From Candidatus Nitrospira inopinata (GTDB lineage: Bacteria; Nitrospirota; Nitrospiria; Nitrospirales; Nitrospiraceae), in NCBI RefSeq assembly GCF_001458695.1, contig NZ_LN885086.1, positions 420,001 to 452,000 on the forward strand: DNA of 32,000 nt, given 5' to 3'. The position numbers were made by a program, and so were the translations under genes. Positions 16,447-24,266 of the stretch are shown here, one piece after another (within the stretch, counting starts at the first letter, position 1; each line of letters starts with the position of its first letter). A model generated the notes under the pieces. It was not told where the DNA came from. It saw only the letters and a list, made by a program, of their open reading frames with translations, and searched no databases.

Positions 16447-19170
16447 ATGGTCACTCAGCTACTCAATCTCATTTTCGGCAGCAAAAACGACAGGGAAATC
16501 AAGGCGCTCCTTCCGATCGTGGAACGGATCAACGGCCTGGAGTCCGGATTGACGCCGCTTTCCGACCAGGCCCTTGCGGACAAGACTCCGGACTTCAAGA
16601 AACGTCTGGAAGCCGGAGCGACACTCGACGACATCTTGCCGGAAGCCTTTGCCGTGTGCCGCGAAATGTCCCGCCGCGTGCTCAACATGCGGCATTTCGA
16701 TGTGCAACTCATCGGCGGCATGATCCTGCACAAGGGCCGCATCGCGGAGATGAAAACCGGCGAAGGGAAAACCCTGGTCGCCACCCTCCCCATTTTTTTG
16801 AACGCGCTCGAAGGGAAAGGCGTCCACCTGGTCACCGTCAACGATTATCTCGCCAAGCGAGACGCCCAATGGATGGGACGCCTCTACCATGCGTTGGGCC
16901 TGTCCACCGGCATCATTCAGCACGATGCCTCGTTTCTCTTTGATCCGACCTATGAATCGGCAGACAAGCGGCTCCAGCATCTTCGGCCTTGCACCAGAGC
17001 CGAAGCCTATCGCGCCGACATCACCTACGGCACGAACAACGAGTACGGGTTCGATTACCTGCGCGACAACCTCGTGGTGACCGACCTGAGTCAATGCGTC
17101 CAGCGCGAGCTGAACTTCGCCATCGTGGACGAGGTCGACAGCATTCTGATCGACGAGGCGCGGACGCCGCTGATCATTTCCGGGCCGACCGATCAATCCA
17201 CCGACCTCTACTATCGGATCAACGCGATCATCCCCCAATTGAAACCGGAGCGGGATTATACGATCGAAGAAAAAACCAAGACCGCCGCGTTGACGGAAGA
17301 CGGCAACGCCCGCGTGGAAAAACTGCTCGGCGTGGAGAACCTCTACGACCCCGCCCACATGGATCTGGTGCACCACGTGGTCAAGGCGCTGCAGGCCCAC
17401 GCGCTGTACAAACGCGACGTGGACTACGTCGTCAAGGACGGCGAAGTCATCATCGTGGACGAATTTACGGGCCGACTGATGCCCGGCCGCCGCTGGAGCG
17501 ACGGTCTGCACCAAGCCGTCGAGGCCAAGGAAGGCGTCAAAATCGCCAACGAAAATCAGACGCTGGCGTCCATCACCTTCCAAAATTATTTCCGCATGTA
17601 CAAGAAGCTCAGCGGCATGACCGGAACCGCGGATACCGAGGCCGCCGAATTCGCCAAAATCTACAACCTCGACGTCAACGTGGTGCCGACCAACCGCAAG
17701 ATGATCCGCATCGACTATCCCGACGTCGTCTATCGGACGGAGAAAGAAAAATTCACCGCCATCGTCGAGGAAATTAAAGATTGCCACCAGCGCGGGCAGC
17801 CGGTGCTGGTCGGCACCATCTCCATCGAAAAATCCGAAAAGCTCTCGGCGCTCCTGAACCGGAACGGCGTCAAGCACAACGTCCTGAACGCCAAGCACCA
17901 TGAGCGGGAAGCCGAGATCGTCGCGCAAGCCGGTCGAAAAGGCGCCGTCACCATCGCCACCAACATGGCGGGACGCGGCACCGACATTCTGTTGGGCGGC
18001 AACCCCGACTTCCTCTACAAGCAAGTGTTGTATCGGGAAGAGAACCTGCCCGACGCCCGCAAACTTGAACTCTACGAAGAGATCAGGGCGGACTGTGAAA
18101 AGAACAAGCAGGAGGTGATCGCCTGCGGCGGACTGCACATCCTGGGGACCGAGCGACACGAGAGCCGTCGAATCGACAATCAATTGCGCGGGCGGGCCGG
18201 TCGGCAGGGCGATCCCGGCACGTCCCGGTTCTATCTGTCGCTTGAAGACGATCTGATGCGCATTTTCGCCTCGGAACGGGTCTCGCAACTGATGCTCAAG
18301 CTCGGCATGGAAGAGGGCGTACCCATCGAGCACGGCATGGTGACGCGCGCGATCGCCAACGCGCAGAAGAAAGTCGAAGCCCACAACTTTGAGATCCGCA
18401 AACAGTTGCTTGAATATGACGACGTCATGAACAAGCAGCGCGAAGTGATTTATCGACACCGGCGGGCGGTCCTCAGCGGAGAAAACCTCGGAGAAAACCT
18501 CCGCGACATGATGGCCGGATTGGTGGACTCGGCTATGAACGTCTACTGCCCGCCCGACCAATACCCGGAAGAGTGGGATCTCAAGGGCCTGGTGGAAATG
18601 ATGCAGGGCCAATTCGGCGTCGACATCACCCAGGGCAAGCACGATAAAGGAGAGTCGCTCCGAGAGATCGGGCGGGACGCCCTGTTGGAAGACTTGCACG
18701 CCCAGGTTCGCGAGGCCTATTCGCGGAAAGAGCAGGAATTGGGACCGGAGCTGATGCGGTTTCTGGAGAAGACCTTCATGCTCCAGGTCATCGATCATCA
18801 TTGGAAAGACCATTTGCTCGCCATGGATCACCTGCGAGACGGCATCGGCCTTCGCGGCTACGGGCAAAAAGACCCGTTGATCGAATATAAACGCGAAGGT
18901 TTTGATCTCTTCGCCGGCATGATGGAACGGATCAAATCCGATACGATCAACCGGCTGCTGCACGTCCAAGCCGTTCGTCAAGACGCGGAACCGCCGTCAT
19001 CCGCGCCCCCTCCCGTCGTTTCCCGTCCGCAGGCCAAACTCACGTTGAACCGCGGCGAAGAACCCGCCGCGGCCCCAGCTCCCGCGCACCGCGCCGACGC
19101 CAAGGTCGGCCGCAATGATCCCTGCCCCTGCGGAAGCGGCAAGAAGTACAAAAAATGCCACGGCGCGTAA
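16447..19170 (+). CDS. secA: Preprotein translocase ATPase SecA
   Basis: N-terminus [21 protein letters not shown]. Walker [41 protein letters not shown]-terminal zinc finger [14 protein letters not shown]. Confidence 0.97.
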   Translation: MVTQLLNLIFGSKNDREIKALLPIVERINGLESGLTPLSDQALADKTPDFKKRLEAGATLDDILPEAFAVCREMSRRVLNMRHFDVQLIGGMILHKGRIAEMKTGEGKTLVATLPIFLNALEGKGVHLVTVNDYLAKRDAQWMGRLYHALGLSTGIIQHDASFLFDPTYESADKRLQHLRPCTRAEAYRADITYGTNNEYGFDYLRDNLVVTDLSQCVQRELNFAIVDEVDSILIDEARTPLIISGPTDQSTDLYYRINAIIPQLKPERDYTIEEKTKTAALTEDGNARVEKLLGVENLYDPAHMDLVHHVVKALQAHALYKRDVDYVVKDGEVIIVDEFTGRLMPGRRWSDGLHQAVEAKEGVKIANENQTLASITFQNYFRMYKKLSGMTGTADTEAAEFAKIYNLDVNVVPTNRKMIRIDYPDVVYRTEKEKFTAIVEEIKDCHQRGQPVLVGTISIEKSEKLSALLNRNGVKHNVLNAKHHEREAEIVAQAGRKGAVTIATNMAGRGTDILLGGNPDFLYKQVLYREENLPDARKLELYEEIRADCEKNKQEVIACGGLHILGTERHESRRIDNQLRGRAGRQGDPGTSRFYLSLEDDLMRIFASERVSQLMLKLGMEEGVPIEHGMVTRAIANAQKKVEAHNFEIRKQLLEYDDVMNKQREVIYRHRRAVLSGENLGENLRDMMAGLVDSAMNVYCPPDQYPEEWDLKGLVEMMQGQFGVDITQGKHDKGESLREIGRDALLEDLHAQVREAYSRKEQELGPELMRFLEKTFMLQVIDHHWKDHLLAMDHLRDGIGLRGYGQKDPLIEYKREGFDLFAGMMERIKSDTINRLLHVQAVRQDAEPPSSAPPPVVSRPQAKLTLNRGEEPAAAPAPAHRADAKVGRNDPCPCGSGKKYKKCHGA
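18477..18501. repeat. Perfect 12-bp tandem duplication, in frame, inside secA
   Basis: ggagaaaacctc occurs twice, with period-12 identity over 25 nt. It encodes GENL-GENL in …[16 protein letters not shown]…. Confidence 0.9.
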
Positions 19171-19211
19171 CGGCGAGTTCTACCGGACCGGTTGCGCCGA
19201 CAGGTTTGATT

Positions 19212-19235
19212 CAAGCCGCTCGCGGCTTGGTTTTG
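19212..19235 (+). terminator. Putative intrinsic terminator of secA
   Basis: 7-bp stem caagccg / cggcttg with loop ctcg, followed by gttttg, about 40 nt after the secA stop. Confidence 0.55.
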
Positions 19236-19445
19236 CGATCGACTGGAACGTGCTTCTTCCTGAAGCGAGCGCCCAAAAATACCGATCGGTCTTGGTCACT
19301 GACTTCCGCTCTCCGCGGGGCTTCGCCGACACGATTCGCGTCTTCTCGTCGAGCACGCTTTCGACACGACCATCGATGCGACCATGACGGACCTTGCATT
19401 TTGCGACGAAAGCCTCTAGACTCTGCCGCCTGGGAGAACCAACGT

Positions 19446-19541
19446 ATGTCGAGCGTTTTGAAAAAACGACGAAAAAAGATGCGCAAGCACAAATACAAAA
19501 AGCTGCGCAGACGCCAAAAGTTTCTTCGCCGCAAAAGTTAA
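19446..19541 (+). CDS. 31-aa highly basic micro-protein, bS22-like (AURKAIP1/COX24-type small ribosomal protein)
   Basis: MSSVLKKRRKKMRKHKYKKLRRRQKFLRRKS. GGGAGA lies about 8-10 nt upstream of ATG 19446. It is near-collinear with the mycobacterial bS22 sequence as I recall it ([33 protein letters not shown]). Confidence 0.7.
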   Translation: MSSVLKKRRKKMRKHKYKKLRRRQKFLRRKS

Positions 19542-19580
19542 GCCGACAGTGAGGCATGGTTCACGTGACCGGAGGGTTTC

Positions 19581-19802
19581 TTGGCTGAAGGCAGGAAAGT
19601 TCGGATTCGCGTTCGAACGATCCACTGCACGTACGTAGGCGACTTTCTGATTCCTCCAACACGTAATCGCGTCTCCGACGCAATCAATGAAGACGGGCGT
19701 CCGTTCATCAGCCTGACGAACGTGGTCATCGATGACAAGGACCGGGCTGATTTTGTGGCACTCAATAAGACGCTTATTGAATCGGTCATTCATCCCGACT
19801 GA
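19581..19802 (+). CDS. Hypothetical 73-aa protein (TTG start)
   Basis: GGAGG lies 5 nt upstream of TTG 19581. The composition is protein-like (…VRIRVRTIHCTYVGDFLIPPTRNRVSDAINEDGRPFISLTNVVI…). The competing antisense ORF 19416..19871 looks less protein-like. I recognise no family. Confidence 0.45.
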   Translation: MAEGRKVRIRVRTIHCTYVGDFLIPPTRNRVSDAINEDGRPFISLTNVVIDDKDRADFVALNKTLIESVIHPD

Positions 19803-19888
19803 GCGTCGCGCGCTTTTTCCCACCTTGCCGTCCTTTCCCGCAGAGGCGGAATGACGAGCCAGGCTCCCCAAGCCGGTATTCGGACGCC

Positions 19889-19921
19889 TCTTTCTAGCCC
19901 GTCATCTTTCTAGCCCGTCAT
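19889..19921. repeat. Perfect 16-bp tandem duplication overlapping the ABC-exporter start codon
   Basis: ctttctagcccgtcat occurs twice, with period-16 identity over 33 nt. The second copy supplies the AT of ATG 19920. The first copy reads …gtcATC. Confidence 0.9.
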
Positions 19922-21650
19922 GTTGATCTTTAGACGCTTCCTACCGTTCATTCAGCCGTACGTGACGCGGATGCTGGCAAGCGGCCTCCTCGTCATGAGC
20001 GTGGCCGCCGTCAATCTGGCCTTGCTTCGATTGACAGGCGCGCTGTGGGACGTCATCACGGTCCGCCAAGATGCCGACCGAATGACGGAACTGATCGGCG
20101 TCTTGCTCGGGCTCGTGCTTCTCCAAGGCCTCTGCACGATGGGGCACAGCTATCTGACCGCATGGGTGTCTCAGCGAATCATGGCCGACTTCCGCCGGCA
20201 CGTCTTTGCGCATTTGCAGACGCTGGACGTCAAGTTCTTCGCCCGCCGACGAACCGGCGAGCTGCTGTCTCGATTAATGAACGACGTCGGAATCATCCAG
20301 TCGGTCGCGACGGAACTGCCGATCGACAGCGCAAAACAGCTTGTCACGTTCGTCGGCGGACTGGCCTTTCTGTTCACGATGAATTGGCGTCTCTCGCTCC
20401 TGATCTTGATTCTTCTCCCGTTGTTGGTGTTGGTCGCCAAAATGTTCGGACGCAGGCTCAAGGCGCTCTCCCTGTCACTTCAGGACCAGACCGCCGCCCT
20501 CAACACCTTGGCCGAGGAAGTGATTTCCGGCATCCGCATCGTCAAATCGTTCGTGCAGACAAAGCGCGAAGAAGAGCGATTTTCAGCGCAGATCGATCAA
20601 ACCCTCCGTGTCACCATGCGCCGAGCCGGCATCATGGCCCTGTTCATCCCGACCATCAGCCTGCTCACCTTTTCCATCGCGGCCGCCGTCATCTGGTACG
20701 GAGGCCGGCAAGTGGTCGAGGGCGCCATCACCCCCGGCGATCTGTTCGCCTTCATCTTGTTTGCGGGCATCCTGATCGGTCCCTTCAGCTCGGCCGCCCG
20801 TGTCTTCTCGCAGGTGAAAGAGGCCCAGGGCGCCATGCAGCGGGTGTTCGAAATACTGGACGTGGAACCGGCCGTTCAAGACCAACCGGGAGCGATCGTC
20901 CTCTCCACGGTGACCGGCCACGTGCGGTTCGAAGACGTCGGCTTCGCCTATGATCCACGCGCCCCCGTTCTCTCGCACGTATCGTTCGAGGCCAAGCCCG
21001 GCGAGGTCATCGCGATCGTCGGACCGACCGGCGCCGGAAAGACGACCGTCGTCAATCTGCTCCACCGATTCTACGACCCGACCGAAGGTCGAATCATGAT
21101 CGACGATTACGATCTGAAACAGGTGACCGTCGAGAGTTGGTATCGGCAACTGGCGCTGGTTCCGCAGGAAACCATTTTGTTCGGCGGCACCATTCTGGAC
21201 AACGTTCGCTACGGAAATCCCGCCGCCGATGAGCCGGAAATAGAGCGCGCCTGCAAGGCGGCGCATGCCCACGACTTTATTATGAGTTTGCCCGACAGGT
21301 ATCGAACCATCGTCGGAGAAAAGGGCATCAACCTCTCAGGAGGGCAGCGTCAACGCCTTGCGATCGCGCGGGCGATTCTAAAGAACCCGCGCGTCTTGCT
21401 GCTGGATGAAGCCACGTCCTCTCTCGACAGCGAGTCGGAACGTCTGGTCCAAGAAGCCCTCAATCGCCTGATGCACGGGAGGACGACGTTCATCGTCGCC
21501 CATCGGCTTTCCACCGTCCAACACGCCGACCGCATTCTTGTCCTGGACAAAGGCCGTCTCGTTGAAGAAGGCACCCACGCCCAGCTCATGGAGCGCAAGG
21601 GCCTCTATCACTATCTGTACACAATCCGCCTGAACGATCCGGTGGGATAG
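19920..21650 (+). CDS. ABC exporter, fused permease/ATPase (MsbA/ABCB-like)
   Basis: Six-TM N-terminal half. Walker A GPTGAGKTT, signature LSGGQRQR, Walker B LLLDEATSSLD, and an H-loop region VAHRLST. An in-frame TAG lies 9 nt upstream of ATG 19920, so the start cannot be further upstream. Confidence 0.9.
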   Translation: MLIFRRFLPFIQPYVTRMLASGLLVMSVAAVNLALLRLTGALWDVITVRQDADRMTELIGVLLGLVLLQGLCTMGHSYLTAWVSQRIMADFRRHVFAHLQTLDVKFFARRRTGELLSRLMNDVGIIQSVATELPIDSAKQLVTFVGGLAFLFTMNWRLSLLILILLPLLVLVAKMFGRRLKALSLSLQDQTAALNTLAEEVISGIRIVKSFVQTKREEERFSAQIDQTLRVTMRRAGIMALFIPTISLLTFSIAAAVIWYGGRQVVEGAITPGDLFAFILFAGILIGPFSSAARVFSQVKEAQGAMQRVFEILDVEPAVQDQPGAIVLSTVTGHVRFEDVGFAYDPRAPVLSHVSFEAKPGEVIAIVGPTGAGKTTVVNLLHRFYDPTEGRIMIDDYDLKQVTVESWYRQLALVPQETILFGGTILDNVRYGNPAADEPEIERACKAAHAHDFIMSLPDRYRTIVGEKGINLSGGQRQRLAIARAILKNPRVLLLDEATSSLDSESERLVQEALNRLMHGRTTFIVAHRLSTVQHADRILVLDKGRLVEEGTHAQLMERKGLYHYLYTIRLNDPVG

Positions 21651-21659
21651 GATCGAGCG

Positions 21660-21686
21660 CCGACGGCGACGACGTCGGTCTTTTGG
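21660..21686 (+). terminator. Putative intrinsic terminator of the ABC-exporter gene
   Basis: Stem ccgacg / cgtcgg (21660-21665 with 21673-21678) with a 7-nt loop, followed by tcttttggg, 10 nt after the stop. Confidence 0.5.
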
Positions 21687-21724
21687 GTGTCGATCTTTCG
21701 ACCTCGAGGGAAAATCTTCTTTTC

Positions 21725-22381
21725 TTATTTAACTTTGGAAAAATCGGCGGGAATTCGCACTTCCTGACCGTCTTGCAAGTTCACGACGAAGACCGACTTC
21801 GCATTCGGATCGAATTGCTCATAGGCGAAGAGCGCGGTAAACCGAGAGCGAAACGCTGGGCCATTGCCTTCTTCGTTCTTGCGTCCGCGTTCGGCCCGCC
21901 CGATATCGACGGGCTTGATCCGTTTGGCGCCTTGGTGCAATTCAACGAGGGCCCCTTCGGCAAAGTACTCGTCATCGCCGCACAGTTGGACTTCGACTTC
22001 CATGTTGGGCATGTCCAACACTTTTTTCACGAATTCCTCCGGCATCCGCACTTCGACCTTGCGTTTCTTGGACTCCACCGCCTCTTGACGACCAAAGGCC
22101 TCAAGCCGATACCGCTTGGTCCGTAAGATCGCGCTGGCGCCGCATGGATCTTTCTCCGGATCGGCTCCCACGCGGCTGGACAACGACGCCTGTTGCAACA
22201 CTTTCTTAATGTCTTCGGGCAGTTCGGCTTTCTCCATTGGAAGCCTTCCGCTTTCCAATGTTTTACGGGCCTCCTCAAGGGACAAATTTACGTCGATGGC
22301 ATGAGAAACTCCGTAGGTGACGGCAGATGCCCCAACCAGGGCGGCCGCCAGCCACGCTTTTCCGACTCGATGCGACGTCAT
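21725..22381 (-). CDS. Secreted hypothetical protein
   Basis: AGGGAG lies upstream of ATG 22381. Signal peptide (KAWLAAALVGASAVTYGVSHA). The mature part is charged and lysine-rich. I recognise no family. Confidence 0.55.
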   Translation of the reverse strand: MTSHRVGKAWLAAALVGASAVTYGVSHAIDVNLSLEEARKTLESGRLPMEKAELPEDIKKVLQQASLSSRVGADPEKDPCGASAILRTKRYRLEAFGRQEAVESKKRKVEVRMPEEFVKKVLDMPNMEVEVQLCGDDEYFAEGALVELHQGAKRIKPVDIGRAERGRKNEEGNGPAFRSRFTALFAYEQFDPNAKSVFVVNLQDGQEVRIPADFSKVK

Positions 22382-22475
22382 ACTCTTTCTCGACTCCCTT
22401 TCATTCGTTCAACGCCGGCTCTCATGCGTTGTGACAACACCGAGGCATTGTAGGGAAACCATCTCCGGTATGCAA

Positions 22476-23108
22476 TCAGCTCGCAAACCGAGACCAGTTC
22501 GGATAAGGCGTTCGTCGATACAAGGCTGCCACTTCCTCTTGCGCGACCGGATAACCGGCAAGCCGCAACAGACCCGCAACGACGCTCAAGGGAAACCCGA
22601 CGACCGTTGTGTAATCACCCTCGATCTTTTCGATCAAATCCGCCCCGCTCCCTTGAATGGAGTAGCTTCCGGCCTTGCCCAAGAACTCTCCGGTCTCAAG
22701 ATACCGTTCAATCCCGCCGCCGTCGGGTTTCATGTGGACGACGGCCGTCGCAACATCCACCCGTTCGATGGATCGCGCTTGATGACAGAGGGCCACGGCG
22801 GTATGGACCTGATGAGGTCGTCCTGCGAGGCTCGTCAGCATGCGGCGGGCATCTTCCCTGTCGCGAGGCTTCCCCAGAAAGCGGCCATCGGACTCGATCA
22901 CGGTATCACCGCCCAACACAATGTCGCCGGGTCGCGCCCCCGCAACGGATCGCGCCTTCTCCAAGGCAAAGTGCGCCACCTGCTCGCGAGGGACGAGGCC
23001 GGACGTCGGTTGTTCGACAAAACTCGGCTCGCAGACGTCGAAAGGCACTCCCAAAAGACCGAGCAGCTCCCGGCGACGCGGCGACGTCGATGCCAAGACT
23101 ATCCGCAT
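22476..23108 (-). CDS. maf: Maf-family nucleoside-triphosphate pyrophosphatase
   Basis: MRIVLASTSPRRRELLGLLGVPFDV…, GKAGSYSIQG. The start overlaps the dus stop by 10 nt. Confidence 0.85.
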   Translation of the reverse strand: MRIVLASTSPRRRELLGLLGVPFDVCEPSFVEQPTSGLVPREQVAHFALEKARSVAGARPGDIVLGGDTVIESDGRFLGKPRDREDARRMLTSLAGRPHQVHTAVALCHQARSIERVDVATAVVHMKPDGGGIERYLETGEFLGKAGSYSIQGSGADLIEKIEGDYTTVVGFPLSVVAGLLRLAGYPVAQEEVAALYRRTPYPNWSRFAS

Positions 23109-24265
23109 CGCGAGACCGGTTCCAGTTCATCATCGACTCCCTCCGTCAGAGCCGGGAGAAGTCGGTCGTTCAGATAATCGTCCAAAATGGATTCAAGTTC
23201 GCCGATGGAAGACACGCGCACCATCCGCGCGCGAAGCGCGGCCGCACGGGGAAATCCTTTGCAATACCAGGCCAGGTGCTTGCGCATGCGATAGAACCGA
23301 TTGGGTCCGCAGAACGCTTCAAATTGACGGGCGTGATCCAGCAAGACGGCGAATCGCCGGCTCAGCGGGACCTCTTGCTCATCCCACCCGACATCCGCTT
23401 CGTTCGTCCGCTGTACAACCGTGCGGGCCCGTTCCTTCTCCCTAAAAAACCACGGCGCGCCGAGAACGGATCGCCCGACCAACACGCCGTCCACTCCCGT
23501 CTCACGAACGCGCGTCGCCGCTTCATGAAGGCTCTGGATATCGCCGTTTCCCAACAACAGGATACCCGTCCCTCCGACCATTCTCGCCGCGCGAGCAATG
23601 GCCGACCAATCCGCCGAGCCGCGATACATCTGCTTAAGCGTCCGCCCGTGAAGGGAGATCGCCGCCGGACGTTCCGCCACCAACTGCTCGAGCCATGGCT
23701 CCACCGTCACGGCGTCATAGCCGATCCTCGTTTTAACGGAAAGCGGAATGGAGCGACGCTCGACCCGTGCTTGACCTCCACGGCGCTCATTGAGCCGGCG
23801 AAACACCGCCGCCTTCTCGGGCTGGAATCCGGCTTGCTCCAGCGTCCTGCCACTCGCCCAGTCGTCGATTCCACGCTTCGCCTCTCGGATGATGGCCCGC
23901 GCCAATTCCGGAGTCCTGATCAACCCCGCGCCGGACCCGGACGAGGCCACGCTCTTGGATGGGCAACCCATGTTGATGTCCAACCCGTCAAACCCCAGTT
24001 CGCACACGGCGTAGGCGGCCCGATAAAACAGACCGGGATTGTTCCCGTAGAGCTGCGCCACGATCGGGCGCTCGATCTCGCTGTAGATAAGGGTGTCCAG
24101 CAGATGCTCGGGACCGAGACAGACGTCGTGCACATGCGTGAATTCCGTGAAGATGACGTCCGGTTTTCCCTGCTGCGCAACGACGGAGCGAAAGCCCGCG
24201 TCCGTAACGCCGTCCATGGGAGCAAGGCCGATGACAGGGCGAGGCAACGTCTCCCAAAAGTTCAC
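23099..24265 (-). CDS. tRNA-dihydrouridine synthase (Dus family) with C-terminal extension
   Basis: GLAPMDGVTDAGFR, FDGLDINMGCP, LHGRT, GNGDI. GTG start at 24265, one nt after the TGA of the upstream gene. Confidence 0.85.
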   Translation of the reverse strand: MNFWETLPRPVIGLAPMDGVTDAGFRSVVAQQGKPDVIFTEFTHVHDVCLGPEHLLDTLIYSEIERPIVAQLYGNNPGLFYRAAYAVCELGFDGLDINMGCPSKSVASSGSGAGLIRTPELARAIIREAKRGIDDWASGRTLEQAGFQPEKAAVFRRLNERRGGQARVERRSIPLSVKTRIGYDAVTVEPWLEQLVAERPAAISLHGRTLKQMYRGSADWSAIARAARMVGGTGILLLGNGDIQSLHEAATRVRETGVDGVLVGRSVLGAPWFFREKERARTVVQRTNEADVGWDEQEVPLSRRFAVLLDHARQFEAFCGPNRFYRMRKHLAWYCKGFPRAAALRARMVRVSSIGELESILDDYLNDRLLPALTEGVDDELEPVSRCG

Positions 24266-24266
24266 G

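Noticed and set aside
16459-18981. 840-aa ORF antisense to secA
   Set aside because: It lies entirely inside, and opposite to, an unmistakable secA. Its composition is low-complexity and rich in V/D/G/H/L, typical of a shadow ORF in GC3-rich coding DNA. It has no motif and no RBS.
19155-19541. 128-aa ORF downstream of secA taken at full length
   Set aside because: Only the last 31 codons look real (RBS plus a bS22-like sequence). The upstream part spans the secA terminator hairpin and is Arg/Ser/Pro-rich noise.
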